The notes: generated by a model from the letters alone, not told the origin. A stretch of DNA of 64,000 nucleotides from Candidatus Eiseniibacteriota bacterium (GCA_963707915.1 OY970178.1:1632001-1696000), one strand, 5' to 3'; shown: positions 1 to 10,281, counted from the stretch's first letter. Made by a program: numbers and translations.

Positions 1-1500
1 CCAGGTGAGCGTGGTGCCGTCCGCGGCCACGTCAACGCTGACGAACGAGAGCAGCACGGGAATGGGGACCAGCAGCCCTAGAGCGCCGTCATGGTTGATG
101 TTCTGCGCGTAGATGTCGTAGTCGCCGTTGCGCCCGTCCTCCCAGGTGACGATGGCGTCGTTCCCCGAGCGCGACCCGATGTCCGAGGTGAGCCTGGGGG
201 CGTACTGATCTCCGGCGGCGGTGCAGAGGGCCACGCCGTTGGGCGTCCAATCGACCGAGCCAGAGGGGGAGACCCGCTGGGCGTAGATGTCCCAGATGCC
301 GCTGCGCCTGTCCTGCCAGGTGACGACGGCCCCGGCCGCGCCCAGACCACATAACTCGTCGGGTACCGGGGCGATGGTGGGGTATGACTGATCACCCATG
401 GCCCTGCAGAGGGCCACCCCGTTGGCGGTCCACTGGACGGTGCCGTCGGACCAGATCTGCTGGGCGTAGATGTCCCAGTTGCCGGCACGGCGGTCCTCCC
501 AGGCGACGATCGCATAGCCGCCGAAGTCCGAGACGATGACGGGGCGTTGCTGAGCGCCGGTGGCGCTGCAGAGGGCGACGCCGTCGGGCGGCCACACGGG
601 CCAACCATCGGCAGAGATCCGCTGGGCGTAGATGTCACCGAAGCCGCCGTTGCGAACTTCTTCCCATGCGACGATGGCCCCATCCGCAGCGTCCCAGGCG
701 ATCGTGGGTGCGTGCCGACTGCCGAACGCGTAGCAGACGGCCATGCCGTCGGGCTCCCACTGGGGCGCACCGTCGGCAGAGAGCCGTTGGACGTAGATGT
801 CCCAGTAGCCGTTGCGCCAGTCCTGCCAGGCGACGATGACCCCGCCTGGTCCTACCGAGACGATGCTGGGAGCGCTCTGTTCTTCCACGGCGCTGCAGAG
901 GGCCACGCCGTCGGCCGTCCACTGAGGCGTACCGGCGGCGGAGATCCGCTGGGCGTAGATGTCCGAGTTGCCGTTGCGCCAGTCCTGCCAGGCGACGGTG
1001 GCCCCGGACGGACTGGCCGGAATGATGGTGAGGTAGGACTGATCCCCGACGGCAGTGCAGAGGGGCACACCGTTGGCCGCCCATTGGACCGTGCCGTCCG
1101 CCGAGATCCGCTGGGCATAGATGTCCGCATTGCCGCTGCGGCTGTCGGACCAGACGACGATGGCCCCGCCCGCGCCGTCCAAGATGATGGCGGGGTACTG
1201 CTGAGCACCGGCGGCGTCGCAGAGGACCACACCATCGGCGGCCCACAGGACCGTGCCGGCGGCGGAGATCCGCTGGGCGTAGATGTCACTGTTGCCGCTG
1301 CGGTCGTCCCGCCAGGTGACGATGGCCCCGCCCGCGCCGTCCGAGGTGATGGTGGGGCCCCGCTGATCGCCGGCGGGAATGGACACCGGAACGTTCACGC
1401 TCGAATCGGACGACCACGCCCCGGCGGCAGGGCGCGGAAGCAGGAGCGCAGGGCCGAGCGCCCCCGCGCAGACGAAGAAGAACGCTGCAGCCTTGTGCAT
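1..1500 (-). CDS. Secreted repeat protein with eight ~55-aa repeats (WxDxRxGxxDIYAQRIxxxGxxxWxxxGVALC), probable beta-propeller; 3' end runs off the window
   Basis: Not in the ORF track because there is no stop in the window. Manual translation from ATG 1500 (GGAGG upstream) gives MHKAAAFFFVCAGALGPALLLPRPAAGAW (signal peptide), then 8 DIY(A/V)Q repeats, ending PVLLSFVSVDVAADGTTLTW at the edge. Confidence 0.85.
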   Translation of the reverse strand, partial: MHKAAAFFFVCAGALGPALLLPRPAAGAWSSDSSVNVPVSIPAGDQRGPTITSDGAGGAIVTWRDDRSGNSDIYAQRISAAGTVLWAADGVVLCDAAGAQQYPAIILDGAGGAIVVWSDSRSGNADIYAQRISADGTVQWAANGVPLCTAVGDQSYLTIIPASPSGATVAWQDWRNGNSDIYAQRISAAGTPQWTADGVALCSAVEEQSAPSIVSVGPGGVIVAWQDWRNGYWDIYVQRLSADGAPQWEPDGMAVCYAFGSRHAPTIAWDAADGAIVAWEEVRNGGFGDIYAQRISADGWPVWPPDGVALCSATGAQQRPVIVSDFGGYAIVAWEDRRAGNWDIYAQQIWSDGTVQWTANGVALCRAMGDQSYPTIAPVPDELCGLGAAGAVVTWQDRRSGIWDIYAQRVSPSGSVDWTPNGVALCTAAGDQYAPRLTSDIGSRSGNDAIVTWEDGRNGDYDIYAQNINHDGALGLLVPIPVLLSFVSVDVAADGTTLTW

Positions 1501-1637
1501 GACGCGGCCTCCGGGATCAGGGGAATCCATGGGGCGCCATTCTAGCCCACCGGCTCTCCGGAGGACCCGGAGCGGTTCAGGGCGCGGCGACCAATTCAGC
1601 CGCCGCCCCACACGACCGTGCTTCTGCTCGAGCGCGC

Positions 1638-4100
1638 CTACTCCAACCGCACCACACGTGTCGTCCGTGTCACGCTTCCGCGGCTGACCCGAACGAGAAA
1701 GACCCCTGCTCCCGCCCCGCGCCCCCCTTCATCCCGCCCGTCCCATTGCAGCTCCAACGCCGCCGCACCGCCCTCCCCGCTCCACAGCCGCCGCACGCGC
1801 CGACCCGCCACGTCGAAGATCTCCACCGTCCCCCTGCCAACCCCGGCCATCCAGATCCTGAGGCCGACCGTTCCGCGCGTCGGATTCGGATAGATGCCCA
1901 CTTCGAGCCTACTCACAGCGGTCCGAACTCCCTCCACCGTCGTCACCGCCGGCGTCTCCACGCTCGCCGGCAGGTCATACCCGGCCGAGTCCACCGGGAT
2001 CACCACGTAGGCATACGTCAGCGACGTGTCCGCCTCAACGTACACGTACGACGTGTCCGTGATGCCTTCCGCAACCACGATGCCGCCGCCCATCCCACCG
2101 CCTCCGAACGCTCGCTTCAGGAGCGTGTAGCTCGACGCGGCGGCATTCTTCGTCCAACGCACCGACATCATCACCCCGTCAACAAGTACCTCTCCAGCGA
2201 CATACAACACCTTCACCGCGGCATTGCAGGTCTCCTCCGGCTCACTCTTCACGTTTCTCTCGGCGAACGCGGCGTCGACCTCGCCGGAGTACTGGCCATG
2301 GCCGGGTATCGTCTTGTCCCGAAGAATGCCCCTGTAGGCATCGAACGTCCGTCCGCCCGGGGGTACCCGCCCCAGATCGGCAATGGCATCGTACATCCAC
2401 GCATCGATCGCACCCGGCTCCACGTCGTACGGGGGGTTCTGCAACAGGTTTCGAAGAGACCACAGCGCGCCGCTGAACGTCTCACAGGACGTATAGGCGT
2501 TCTCCGCGTCGTACGCCCCGTTGCAGTATTGGCGTCGTGCCTTTGGACTGGCAACGGTGCGCTTCTTGAAGCCGTAGCTCGCCGGAATCTGATCACCGAT
2601 CCACACGTCACCCGTCGCGGCCGCGGTGAAGTAGTCCGCAAAGCCTTCGTCCATTGCCATCCATTCCGTATATTCGGACCGATCGCCTTCCGAGATCAGC
2701 CGCCCTTCCAGTAGCTGGATCACCATCGCATGCCCGAACTCGTGATACACGGTCTCCTGATCGCCGGCAATGCCCGGCATGAGGCAGATCATTGCTCCGC
2801 CGCTACCGTCGGTGTACGGACCCGCCGTCGCGTGCTTGTTCGTCACGTTCTTCGTCGAATTGTTCACTTCCAGCAGCATGAGGCGTAGATGCGGCCGCTC
2901 CAGGCTGCCACTCCAAAACTCATCGTCCATCTTGCGCGCCCAATACAGGGCGTACACAGGCTCGGAGCCGCTCCAAGCAAGTTCATGCGTCTGGCCTGTC
3001 GGAAGCCGTTCCATCCCCTGGCACAGCGATCCCTGACTCTCGCACTCCGGGCCAAGGGGGCGACTGGCATAATCCCGCACCTTGTATTCATCGTTACCGA
3101 GGAAGCTGACGACGCGATCGCCTGCGCACAACGGCGTCGCAAGCGAGAAGCTGCCGTCCGGAAGGGTGCGCGTTGCGTCATGAAACCGACCTGCGCAGGA
3201 GCTGGCCGTCACGTCGAGATCGCCAAGGGATTCGCGTGCGCCGGCCGGCGGCGTGGCACCCATCACGGAGCCCGTGATCGCCTCCGGGTGTGGGGTGCAT
3301 GTGGCCTGCACACGCAGCCGCTTTACGGTGCCATAGCACGGATCGCCAAAGCTGGCGGTGTTCGCGGAAACGGAGCAGCCCGGCTGCCCCAGGCAGGCCG
3401 CTTCGACCACGGAGCGGGACGAGGCGGCGTTACACGATCCGTACGTAAAGCTCCCACAGGTGCTCTCGGGAGTGCCGAAGCTCGCAAAGTCAATACTGGT
3501 GATTGCGTATCCTTCCGGGGCGGTGAGAGTCGCCGTTCCACCCTCGTTCACCTGGGCGCAGATTCGTCGAGTGTGAGGCGGGACAACGTCGACGCGAAGG
3601 TCGATGAATGACGCCACGCCGTTGTCGATTGCGCGAACGGCGAGGACATTGTCGCCCGCCGTGATGATCCCATCCGGCACCTGGGCTTTGAATTCATCCA
3701 GTGCTGGACACTCCGAGTGGGTTGCGCTCATGACCAGTACGCCGTTGACCCACACTTGGGCATCGTTGTCGATGGCCAGGTAGAGCGTGACCGGTGCCTC
3801 CGGGTCACTTGGATCGACTCGAAAGACGCGCCGCAGGAGCACTTCCGTATTGGGGGCCCAGGCGGTGTGAATCGTTGGATCCAGTGGACACCCGGTGGTT
3901 CCCTGGCCGAACGCGGCGACGCCCGTGGCCCAGTTCGAGTCATCGAAGCCTGCCGCATGGAAGCTACCGGCGAGGGGGTCGTTTCGTGGGACCTGTCTGT
4001 AGCGCCACCCTGAGGAGCCGTAGGCGACGACATCCGCCGCCCGGGCAGGCAAACCGCTGCAGACCAGCAATCCCAGCACGAACGCTGTAATCAAGCGCAT
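1638..4100 (-). CDS. Secreted zinc metallopeptidase (M4/M36-like) with galactose-binding jelly-roll domain, SUEL/Gal_Lectin domain and FlgD/T9SS-A-like C-terminal domain
   Basis: Signal peptide MRLITAFVLGLLVCSGLPARA; SIDFASFGTP..CG..GSC..ACLG..CSV..FGDPC.GTVKRL.VQATC lectin pattern; HEFGH plus downstream DEGFAD; C-terminal YPNP..IFDVAGRRVRRL..WDGRDE.G..GVF. Start could be 4136 or 4196. Confidence 0.8.
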   Translation of the reverse strand: MRLITAFVLGLLVCSGLPARAADVVAYGSSGWRYRQVPRNDPLAGSFHAAGFDDSNWATGVAAFGQGTTGCPLDPTIHTAWAPNTEVLLRRVFRVDPSDPEAPVTLYLAIDNDAQVWVNGVLVMSATHSECPALDEFKAQVPDGIITAGDNVLAVRAIDNGVASFIDLRVDVVPPHTRRICAQVNEGGTATLTAPEGYAITSIDFASFGTPESTCGSFTYGSCNAASSRSVVEAACLGQPGCSVSANTASFGDPCYGTVKRLRVQATCTPHPEAITGSVMGATPPAGARESLGDLDVTASSCAGRFHDATRTLPDGSFSLATPLCAGDRVVSFLGNDEYKVRDYASRPLGPECESQGSLCQGMERLPTGQTHELAWSGSEPVYALYWARKMDDEFWSGSLERPHLRLMLLEVNNSTKNVTNKHATAGPYTDGSGGAMICLMPGIAGDQETVYHEFGHAMVIQLLEGRLISEGDRSEYTEWMAMDEGFADYFTAAATGDVWIGDQIPASYGFKKRTVASPKARRQYCNGAYDAENAYTSCETFSGALWSLRNLLQNPPYDVEPGAIDAWMYDAIADLGRVPPGGRTFDAYRGILRDKTIPGHGQYSGEVDAAFAERNVKSEPEETCNAAVKVLYVAGEVLVDGVMMSVRWTKNAAASSYTLLKRAFGGGGMGGGIVVAEGITDTSYVYVEADTSLTYAYVVIPVDSAGYDLPASVETPAVTTVEGVRTAVSRLEVGIYPNPTRGTVGLRIWMAGVGRGTVEIFDVAGRRVRRLWSGEGGAAALELQWDGRDEGGRGAGAGVFLVRVSRGSVTRTTRVVRLE

Positions 4101-4272
4101 GGGCAGGATGCTACAGGCTGCTTGGGACATTTCCATTGCGACCCCCGGCGGGCGGTGTGTGAAGCTGCCTTGAGGTTTCAGTATGATCCATACCATGCAG
4201 CGTGCCGTGCGGGTGGGCAGGGGACTGGATCCTCCACCTGCATCAACACTCGGTGGTCAGGTCACTCGCTTG

Positions 4273-7200
4273 TCACCTCACCAGGACGATCCGCTTCGAG
4301 AACCTGTGGCCGCCAACCTCCAGGATGCAGAAGTACACGCCACCGGACACCTTGGCGCCGTGCGTGTCGGTTCCGTCCCACGTCACGGTGGTCACGCCCC
4401 TTGGCATCCAGCCGCGAGCGAGTGCTCGAACGGATCTCCCGGCCACATCGTAGATCGCGAGCATCGCCGAACCATCTTGGGCGAGGGAGTACTGCACGCT
4501 CATAGTTCCGCGGCAGGGGTTGGGCCCAGCCGCGATCAGGCGGGTGGTCACCACTTCGGCCGGTTCTACATCGACCAGCGTGGGACCGGTCAGCCACGGC
4601 CGATAGGTCACGTAGTCCGATACCGGCTGTCCCGTCCCGGCCGGGTTGTAGTCGGGGCTACCCGTGGAGGCATCGAGCGGTCCGGTTCCACTGCCCCACC
4701 AGCAATTCTTCGCCGTGATGAGCCTGTCCGTTGACGCGTTGTACACGGCAACGGCGTTTCCGGAGAAGTCGCAGCGGTAGAGCACCGGAGTGGACGCGAA
4801 CGCGTACACGCCGTACCCGGAAGAGTTGGTCACCACACAGTACGAGAGAGTGGGAGCGTTCGTGCTGTGGAAGGTGATGTTGGCGCCCACGCCGTCGTAG
4901 TTTGTCGCGCCTGCATTCTCGACGACGCAGTACTCCATCTCCGTGCCGGCGTTGAAGTCGCTGCGGTCCCCAAAGTAGATGCCCCTCCAACCGCCCGGCG
5001 AGCCGCTCAACGAGGTGAACCGGATCACGTCCTGCGGGTCCCCCAGCGCGCTGAGTTGGCCGGCATTCGGCCCGCAGCATCCCTCGTTGTAGTTCGCGAT
5101 GACGAGAGCCCCGTACCGGTCGCCCTTCACCAGCACGCCAGGACCGATCGTCAGGGTGGCGTCGTTGAACACAACGGCGGCCCCCTCCAGGACGTAGGCC
5201 ATGGGTACCGGCAGCGCGTACCACACCCGGTCCGCCGTGATGCCGCCATCCACCAGCACGATGCCCGTGCTGTAACCGCTCATCGATTGGATGGAGATGT
5301 CGGAGTTGGGCGATGTCCTGAGCGCGACAGCTCCGTTCCCGACGAAGCTGCAGCCCGCGATCGTGGGCTGCGAGTTACCGTTCAACACGTCCACACCGAG
5401 ATGGCTCCCCGTGTTGAAGGTGCACAAGCTCAGATTCGGTGACGACCCGTTGCAGTACACGTCCGTGGACGCATTGCCCGAGAACGTGACCGCGCTCAGC
5501 GAGGGTGAGGATGCGCTGAGGTACAGCCCATGGCCGGAGCTGTTCCTGACCGTGCATTGGGTCATCCTCGGAACGTTGGTGGAGCGGCACGTGATGTTCG
5601 CGGCTACGCCGTCGAAGTTGAGCTCGCCGGCGTTCTCGATGACGCAGTAGCTCAGGCTCGTTCCCGCAAAGTAGTCGCTCCGGTCCCCGAAGTAGATGCC
5701 CTTCCAGCCGCCCGGCGCCCCCGAGAGCGAGGTGAACGTGATCAGCGAGTCCGCCTTGCCCGTGGCCTTCAGGATGCCCGCGTTGGGCTCGCAGCATCCC
5801 GCGTTGTAGTTCGCAATCACGAGCGCCCCCGCCGGGGCGAACTTCATCAGTACCCCCGGGCCAAGGGTCAGCGTCGCGTCCCCTTTCACGATGGTCGCGC
5901 CGTCGGAGACGTAGGCCATCCCAGGCGCGAGCGCCGTCCACGTGCGGGACGCCGTGATCGCTCCCTCGATGAGCTTGACTCCCCTGGAATAGCCGGACAG
6001 GCCCAGGTTGGTCATCAGGCTTTGGGGAGCCACTCGAAAGGCGTAGTCCCCGGTGCCGATGAAGCTGCATCGGGTCAGCCCCGGCACAGAGGTGTTGGCC
6101 GCGACGTCCACGCCGACGTGCGCCCCGGTCTCGAAGGTGCAATCGGTGAGCTGAGGCGAACTGGTGACGCAGTACACGTCCGCTGCAGCGTTGCCTGAGA
6201 ACGTGGTCGTGCCGATCGGTGGCGACGAGCCGGTCAAGTAGATCCCGTAGCTGCCCGAGTTCCGAATCGTGCAGTGCGACATGGCGGGAACGTTTGTCGC
6301 ATGGCAGGTGACGTTCGCTCCCACGCCGTCGTAGTTCGTCGCGCCCGCATTCTCGACGATGCAGTAGGTCATCTGCGTACCGCCGAAGTAGTCGCTGCGA
6401 TCCCCAAAGTAGATGCCCAACCACCCATTGGCCTGGCCGTTGAGGGACGTGAACACGATCGGCGCAGCGGCCGTACCGGTCGCAATGAGACGCCCCGCGT
6501 TGGGAATGCAGCAACCGTAGTTGTAGTTCGCTACCACGAGCGATGCGCCCGCGGCGAACTTGATGACGGTGCCTGCCCCGATCGTCAGCGTTGCGTCGTT
6601 CGTGACGATCAACGGGCACGTAACGACATAGGGGCTTGACGCGGCCGTGAACGTCGTGTTGGTCGTGATGTTGGCGCAGAGATACGTGGCGGCCTGCACG
6701 TCGACCAGAACCGTATCGGCCTCGAAGCCCGGCGCCGTTGCCATGACCTGCACAGATCCGGCGATGGTAGTACTGGTCCCGCCAACGACCGCCGTGCCGC
6801 TCGCGTCCGTCTGGCAGGTTGAGCCACCCAGAACCAGGGCCGACGCTCCGGAGATGATCGAGAACGTCACCGCGACTTCCGGCACCGCGAACGCAGCGCC
6901 GCCGGCGTCGATGAGCTTCGCGGTCAGGCTCACGGCGTCGGAGCCATTGTTGACGAGTTGTGGCCGGCTCGCCGTGAGGTCGACCCGGCCCGGTGCCGGC
7001 GGCGCGCTGGGGAGGAGCGGCTTCGAACTGATCAGCGAGAACGCCTGCGGGAACTCAAGAGTCCCTTTGTGCGCAACCGTCAGCCGATAACTCCCGGGGC
7101 TCGGCGCCGCAAGGTGGACCTGCTCCACGTTGTCGCGAGTGTTGTCACCCGTGGTAGCTGGCGCCTCCGGACTCTGTGGCGCCAGGACGTACGGAAAGTA

Positions 7201-8814
7201 CTGCGTTGCATCGGAGACTCGTTCAAGCCGGACATCGAGGTCGTTGACGAGGGCAGGTTGCTCCGGATCCAGCGCCGCAGGGGACACGGGCACTCCTGGA
7301 GGGTCCGTCCAGGCGAGCGTGATCCGAAGCGGACCCACCCCATCGCAGTACAGGAACGACTCGACCGTGGCCCCATCGCTCAACTGTGCCTCTGCGATGT
7401 GGGTACGGGTCGGATCGTCGAGCAGCAGCAACTGCGCTGCCTTGTACGAGTCCAGCAGACCCCACCCATGCCGGTAATCCGGGCCTTCCGCCGCGCCACT
7501 CTCTTCCGCGGTCTGGATCAGGATGCCCTTGACCGTCGACGACAGCGGCGCGGTACCACCACGCCGCGATCGGTAGAGCTCGACCAACAGGCCCGCGGAT
7601 CCCGCTGCCACTGGAGCAGCCATCGACGTCCCGCTCTTGAGCCCATAGGCGGTGGGGCCGGTCGCGAAGCACGACGACACGTCCACGCCATTGGTGACCA
7701 AGTCCGGTTTGATTCGTCCGTCGTCGGTCGGCCCCCAGCTGCTGAAGTCGCTCATCACTACGTCAGATGCCATCCCGTACCCGCCAGGGATATCGTCGAT
7801 CGCCCCGATCGTGAGCACGTTCTTGGCGGTAGCACCCTCGGGCACGGTATCAAAGCCATCCGCCCCCCCATCTGCGTGTCGCGCGTACGTGCTCGGAACC
7901 CAGCTCTCGGTAGCATGGTCATACACCTTGTGAAGGCCCCCCGGCCCGGGACCATGGTCGATCCGGTCGTTGCCCGCTGCGGTGACGATCGTGTAGCGCG
8001 GTGCAAGCAGCGCAAGGCTGTCCCATCCCACCGCCTTTTCACCGTAGTAACCGAACAGGTAGTCCTCGACCTGGCTTACTCGAGTGTCGCCGTTCCAGTA
8101 CCACTCTCCGAGCGCCTTGTTCTCCAACCATCCGCGCGCCTTGCTGTAGGAATGATTCGATATCAGGAGCCCTGAGGCGGCAGCCAGCGCCATCTCCGCG
8201 TTGTCGGATTCCCAGCCATACGCCGCCAATGGCGCCGCAAACGACATTCCCTTGGCTGCGGGATTCGTTCCGGCCGCGACCATCGTCCCGGCGACGTGGG
8301 TCGCGTGGTGGCTCACGGTTGACTCCTCGTCCATTTGCACAACGCGCCCACCGAACTCCTGGTGGGCTGTCAGAACGGCGCCTGAGTCCCAGAGTGCCAT
8401 TTCCCCCAGCAGGCTCGAAGCACCGGTAAGACTCAGCCCGTAGCCCGCCCCAGGCCACAGACGGTCCGTCCTGGACGTCTTGGCAGCATTGAGGTTGCAG
8501 GTGCTGTAGTAGACTGGATGCCCACGATCATCCATATACATGAGCTGCCGCCCGCGGACCCCTGCGCCTTCGCTCCTGAGGAGCCGGTAGTAGGCCGCAG
8601 TGCGCCGTGCTTGGAGCTGATTCGCGAATCCGTCCGCCAGCCGGTCGAGCGCGGCTGTTTCCTCCACTCGAGTTGGCTGAGGCGCGAGCCTTGCCGAAGA
8701 GAGGGAGACGGTAGCTCTGCGCTGTGCAGCCGCGGGCCCTGCGATGATGGCTGAAAGCGCGAGAAGGCAGGGCACCCACGTTGTGAGCCGGGGCAGCGGG
8801 CCTGACAGGGTCAT
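4273..8814 (-). CDS. Secreted S8 subtilisin-like protease with Ig-like domain, three beta-helix repeat modules and FlgD/T9SS-A-like C-terminal domain
   Basis: Catalytic motifs WDSG (D), HATHVAGT (H), AAGND (N), SGTSMA (S); GRIKPDL; GGAGG before ATG 8814; C-terminal PNP..IYDVAGRSVR.L..WDGTD..GVYF. Confidence 0.9.
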   Translation of the reverse strand: MTLSGPLPRLTTWVPCLLALSAIIAGPAAAQRRATVSLSSARLAPQPTRVEETAALDRLADGFANQLQARRTAAYYRLLRSEGAGVRGRQLMYMDDRGHPVYYSTCNLNAAKTSRTDRLWPGAGYGLSLTGASSLLGEMALWDSGAVLTAHQEFGGRVVQMDEESTVSHHATHVAGTMVAAGTNPAAKGMSFAAPLAAYGWESDNAEMALAAASGLLISNHSYSKARGWLENKALGEWYWNGDTRVSQVEDYLFGYYGEKAVGWDSLALLAPRYTIVTAAGNDRIDHGPGPGGLHKVYDHATESWVPSTYARHADGGADGFDTVPEGATAKNVLTIGAIDDIPGGYGMASDVVMSDFSSWGPTDDGRIKPDLVTNGVDVSSCFATGPTAYGLKSGTSMAAPVAAGSAGLLVELYRSRRGGTAPLSSTVKGILIQTAEESGAAEGPDYRHGWGLLDSYKAAQLLLLDDPTRTHIAEAQLSDGATVESFLYCDGVGPLRITLAWTDPPGVPVSPAALDPEQPALVNDLDVRLERVSDATQYFPYVLAPQSPEAPATTGDNTRDNVEQVHLAAPSPGSYRLTVAHKGTLEFPQAFSLISSKPLLPSAPPAPGRVDLTASRPQLVNNGSDAVSLTAKLIDAGGAAFAVPEVAVTFSIISGASALVLGGSTCQTDASGTAVVGGTSTTIAGSVQVMATAPGFEADTVLVDVQAATYLCANITTNTTFTAASSPYVVTCPLIVTNDATLTIGAGTVIKFAAGASLVVANYNYGCCIPNAGRLIATGTAAAPIVFTSLNGQANGWLGIYFGDRSDYFGGTQMTYCIVENAGATNYDGVGANVTCHATNVPAMSHCTIRNSGSYGIYLTGSSPPIGTTTFSGNAAADVYCVTSSPQLTDCTFETGAHVGVDVAANTSVPGLTRCSFIGTGDYAFRVAPQSLMTNLGLSGYSRGVKLIEGAITASRTWTALAPGMAYVSDGATIVKGDATLTLGPGVLMKFAPAGALVIANYNAGCCEPNAGILKATGKADSLITFTSLSGAPGGWKGIYFGDRSDYFAGTSLSYCVIENAGELNFDGVAANITCRSTNVPRMTQCTVRNSSGHGLYLSASSPSLSAVTFSGNASTDVYCNGSSPNLSLCTFNTGSHLGVDVLNGNSQPTIAGCSFVGNGAVALRTSPNSDISIQSMSGYSTGIVLVDGGITADRVWYALPVPMAYVLEGAAVVFNDATLTIGPGVLVKGDRYGALVIANYNEGCCGPNAGQLSALGDPQDVIRFTSLSGSPGGWRGIYFGDRSDFNAGTEMEYCVVENAGATNYDGVGANITFHSTNAPTLSYCVVTNSSGYGVYAFASTPVLYRCDFSGNAVAVYNASTDRLITAKNCWWGSGTGPLDASTGSPDYNPAGTGQPVSDYVTYRPWLTGPTLVDVEPAEVVTTRLIAAGPNPCRGTMSVQYSLAQDGSAMLAIYDVAGRSVRALARGWMPRGVTTVTWDGTDTHGAKVSGGVYFCILEVGGHRFSKRIVLVR
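4860..6600 (-). repeat. Three diverged intragenic repeats, period 717 bp (239 aa), in the S8 protease gene
   Basis: TTGTAGTTCG occurs at 5087, 5804 and 6521; protein motif DATLT.G.G..ANYN.GCC.PNAG..FTSL.G..GW.GIYFGDRSD occurs three times. Confidence 0.9.
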
Positions 8815-9045
8815 GATTGCCTCCGAAGCTGTGTACTCCTGATCGCGGCAAATCATCCTCGCGTCTTGCCCACAGGCCCAGGCTGCCGCTATTCGGGGGG
8901 GGAGGCGCGATTCAGAAACGAGTATAGTTGACCCCGTCTCGTGGACACCAGATGGGGGCTCGGCCTATCGCCGGTTCCGTGTGTGGCTCAAGGTACGAAG
9001 AGCCGCATCGTCACCAGCTGGAACCATTCGCCCCCGCCGCCCGCC

Positions 9046-9087
9046 AAAACGCGCGAGGCGGAGTGGCCCCTCGCCACCCCGCCTCGC
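9046..9087 (-). terminator. Rho-independent terminator after the acyl-CoA dehydrogenase gene
   Basis: Stem GCGAGGCGGAGTGGC / GCCACCCCGCCTCGC with a short U-tract on the minus strand (AAAA at 9046-9049), about 20 bp after the stop. Confidence 0.6.
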
Positions 9088-9108
9088 TCCCTGCCCCGCC
9101 CGACCGCG

Positions 9109-10281
9109 CTACCGCGCCAGCTTCGCCGCGTCCCGCACGAGCTGCGAGCCGATCACGTTGCGCTGGATCTGGTTCGTGCCCTCGTAGATCTGCGTGATCT
9201 TGGCGTCGCGCATCATCTTCTCGACCGGGTAGTCGGTCATGTAGCCGTAGCCGCCGAGGATCTGGACGGCGTCGGTGGTGACCTTCATCGCGGTGTCCGA
9301 GGCGAACACCTTGGCCATCGCCGAGAGGTGCCCGATATCCCGGGTGTCGCCCTTGTCGATGCGGTCGGCGAGCCCGTAGATGAGGCCGCGCGCCGCCTCG
9401 ATCTGCATGGCCATGTCGGCCAGCATCCACTGCACGCCCTGGAACGTGACGATGCTCTTGCCGAACTGCTGCCGCTGGTGCGCGTAGCGGAGCGACTCCT
9501 GCAGGGCGCCCTCGGCGATCCCCAGCGCCTGCGCCGCCACGCCCGGGCGGGAGACGTCGAAGGTCTTCATCGCCACGATGAAGCCCTGGCCTTCGCGGCC
9601 CAGCAGGTTCGCGGCCGGCACGCGGGCGTTGTCGAACACCAGCTCCGAGGTGACGCTGGCGCGGATGCCCATCTTCGTCTCCTTCTTGCCGAAGGAGAAC
9701 CCGGGCGTGCCCTTCTCGATGATGAAGCACGACGCGCCGCGCGCGCCCTTCTCGGGCTGGGTCAGCGCGACCGTGGTGTAGATGTCCGCCTCGCCGCCGT
9801 TGGTGATGAAGACCTTCGTCCCGTTCAGGACGTAGTGGTCGCCGTCGCGCCGCGCGGTGGTGCGCAGCGAGCCGGCGTCCGAGCCGGCCATCGCCTCGGT
9901 CAGCCCGAAGGCCGCCAGCTTCTCCCCCGCGGCCATGGGCGGCAGGTACTTCTGCTTCTGCTCCTCCGAGCCGTAGAGCAGGATGGGGAACGCGCCCAGC
10001 GCCGTCCCGGCGAAAGCCAGCGCGATGCCGGCGCAGGCCTTGGAGAGCTCCTCGGTGACGAGGCACATGTTGGTGATGCCCATGCCGTGTTCGACCAGCC
10101 CGTCGTAGGCGGTCGGCACGAACACGCGGAACAGGTCCACCTTCGCCATCGCTCGAACGATGTCCCAGGGGAAGGTCCCCTCTTCGTCGTACTTCGCCCG
10201 GACGGGCTTGACCTTCTCCTCGGCGATCGTCCGCGCCAGGTCGCGGATGGCGCGCTGCTCCTCGCTCAACAGGTGCTCCAT
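9109..10281 (-). CDS. Acyl-CoA dehydrogenase (butyryl-CoA dehydrogenase-like)
   Basis: AFGLTE..AGSD, NGTKVFITNG, R.QFGK, QILGGYGY, RDAKITQIYEGTNQIQR; start MEHLL. Confidence 0.95.
   Translation of the reverse strand: MEHLLSEEQRAIRDLARTIAEEKVKPVRAKYDEEGTFPWDIVRAMAKVDLFRVFVPTAYDGLVEHGMGITNMCLVTEELSKACAGIALAFAGTALGAFPILLYGSEEQKQKYLPPMAAGEKLAAFGLTEAMAGSDAGSLRTTARRDGDHYVLNGTKVFITNGGEADIYTTVALTQPEKGARGASCFIIEKGTPGFSFGKKETKMGIRASVTSELVFDNARVPAANLLGREGQGFIVAMKTFDVSRPGVAAQALGIAEGALQESLRYAHQRQQFGKSIVTFQGVQWMLADMAMQIEAARGLIYGLADRIDKGDTRDIGHLSAMAKVFASDTAMKVTTDAVQILGGYGYMTDYPVEKMMRDAKITQIYEGTNQIQRNVIGSQLVRDAAKLAR

Noticed and set aside
1..1350. Periodic repeats as a CRISPR array
   Set aside because: The repeats are degenerate, in frame and protein-coding; no cas genes
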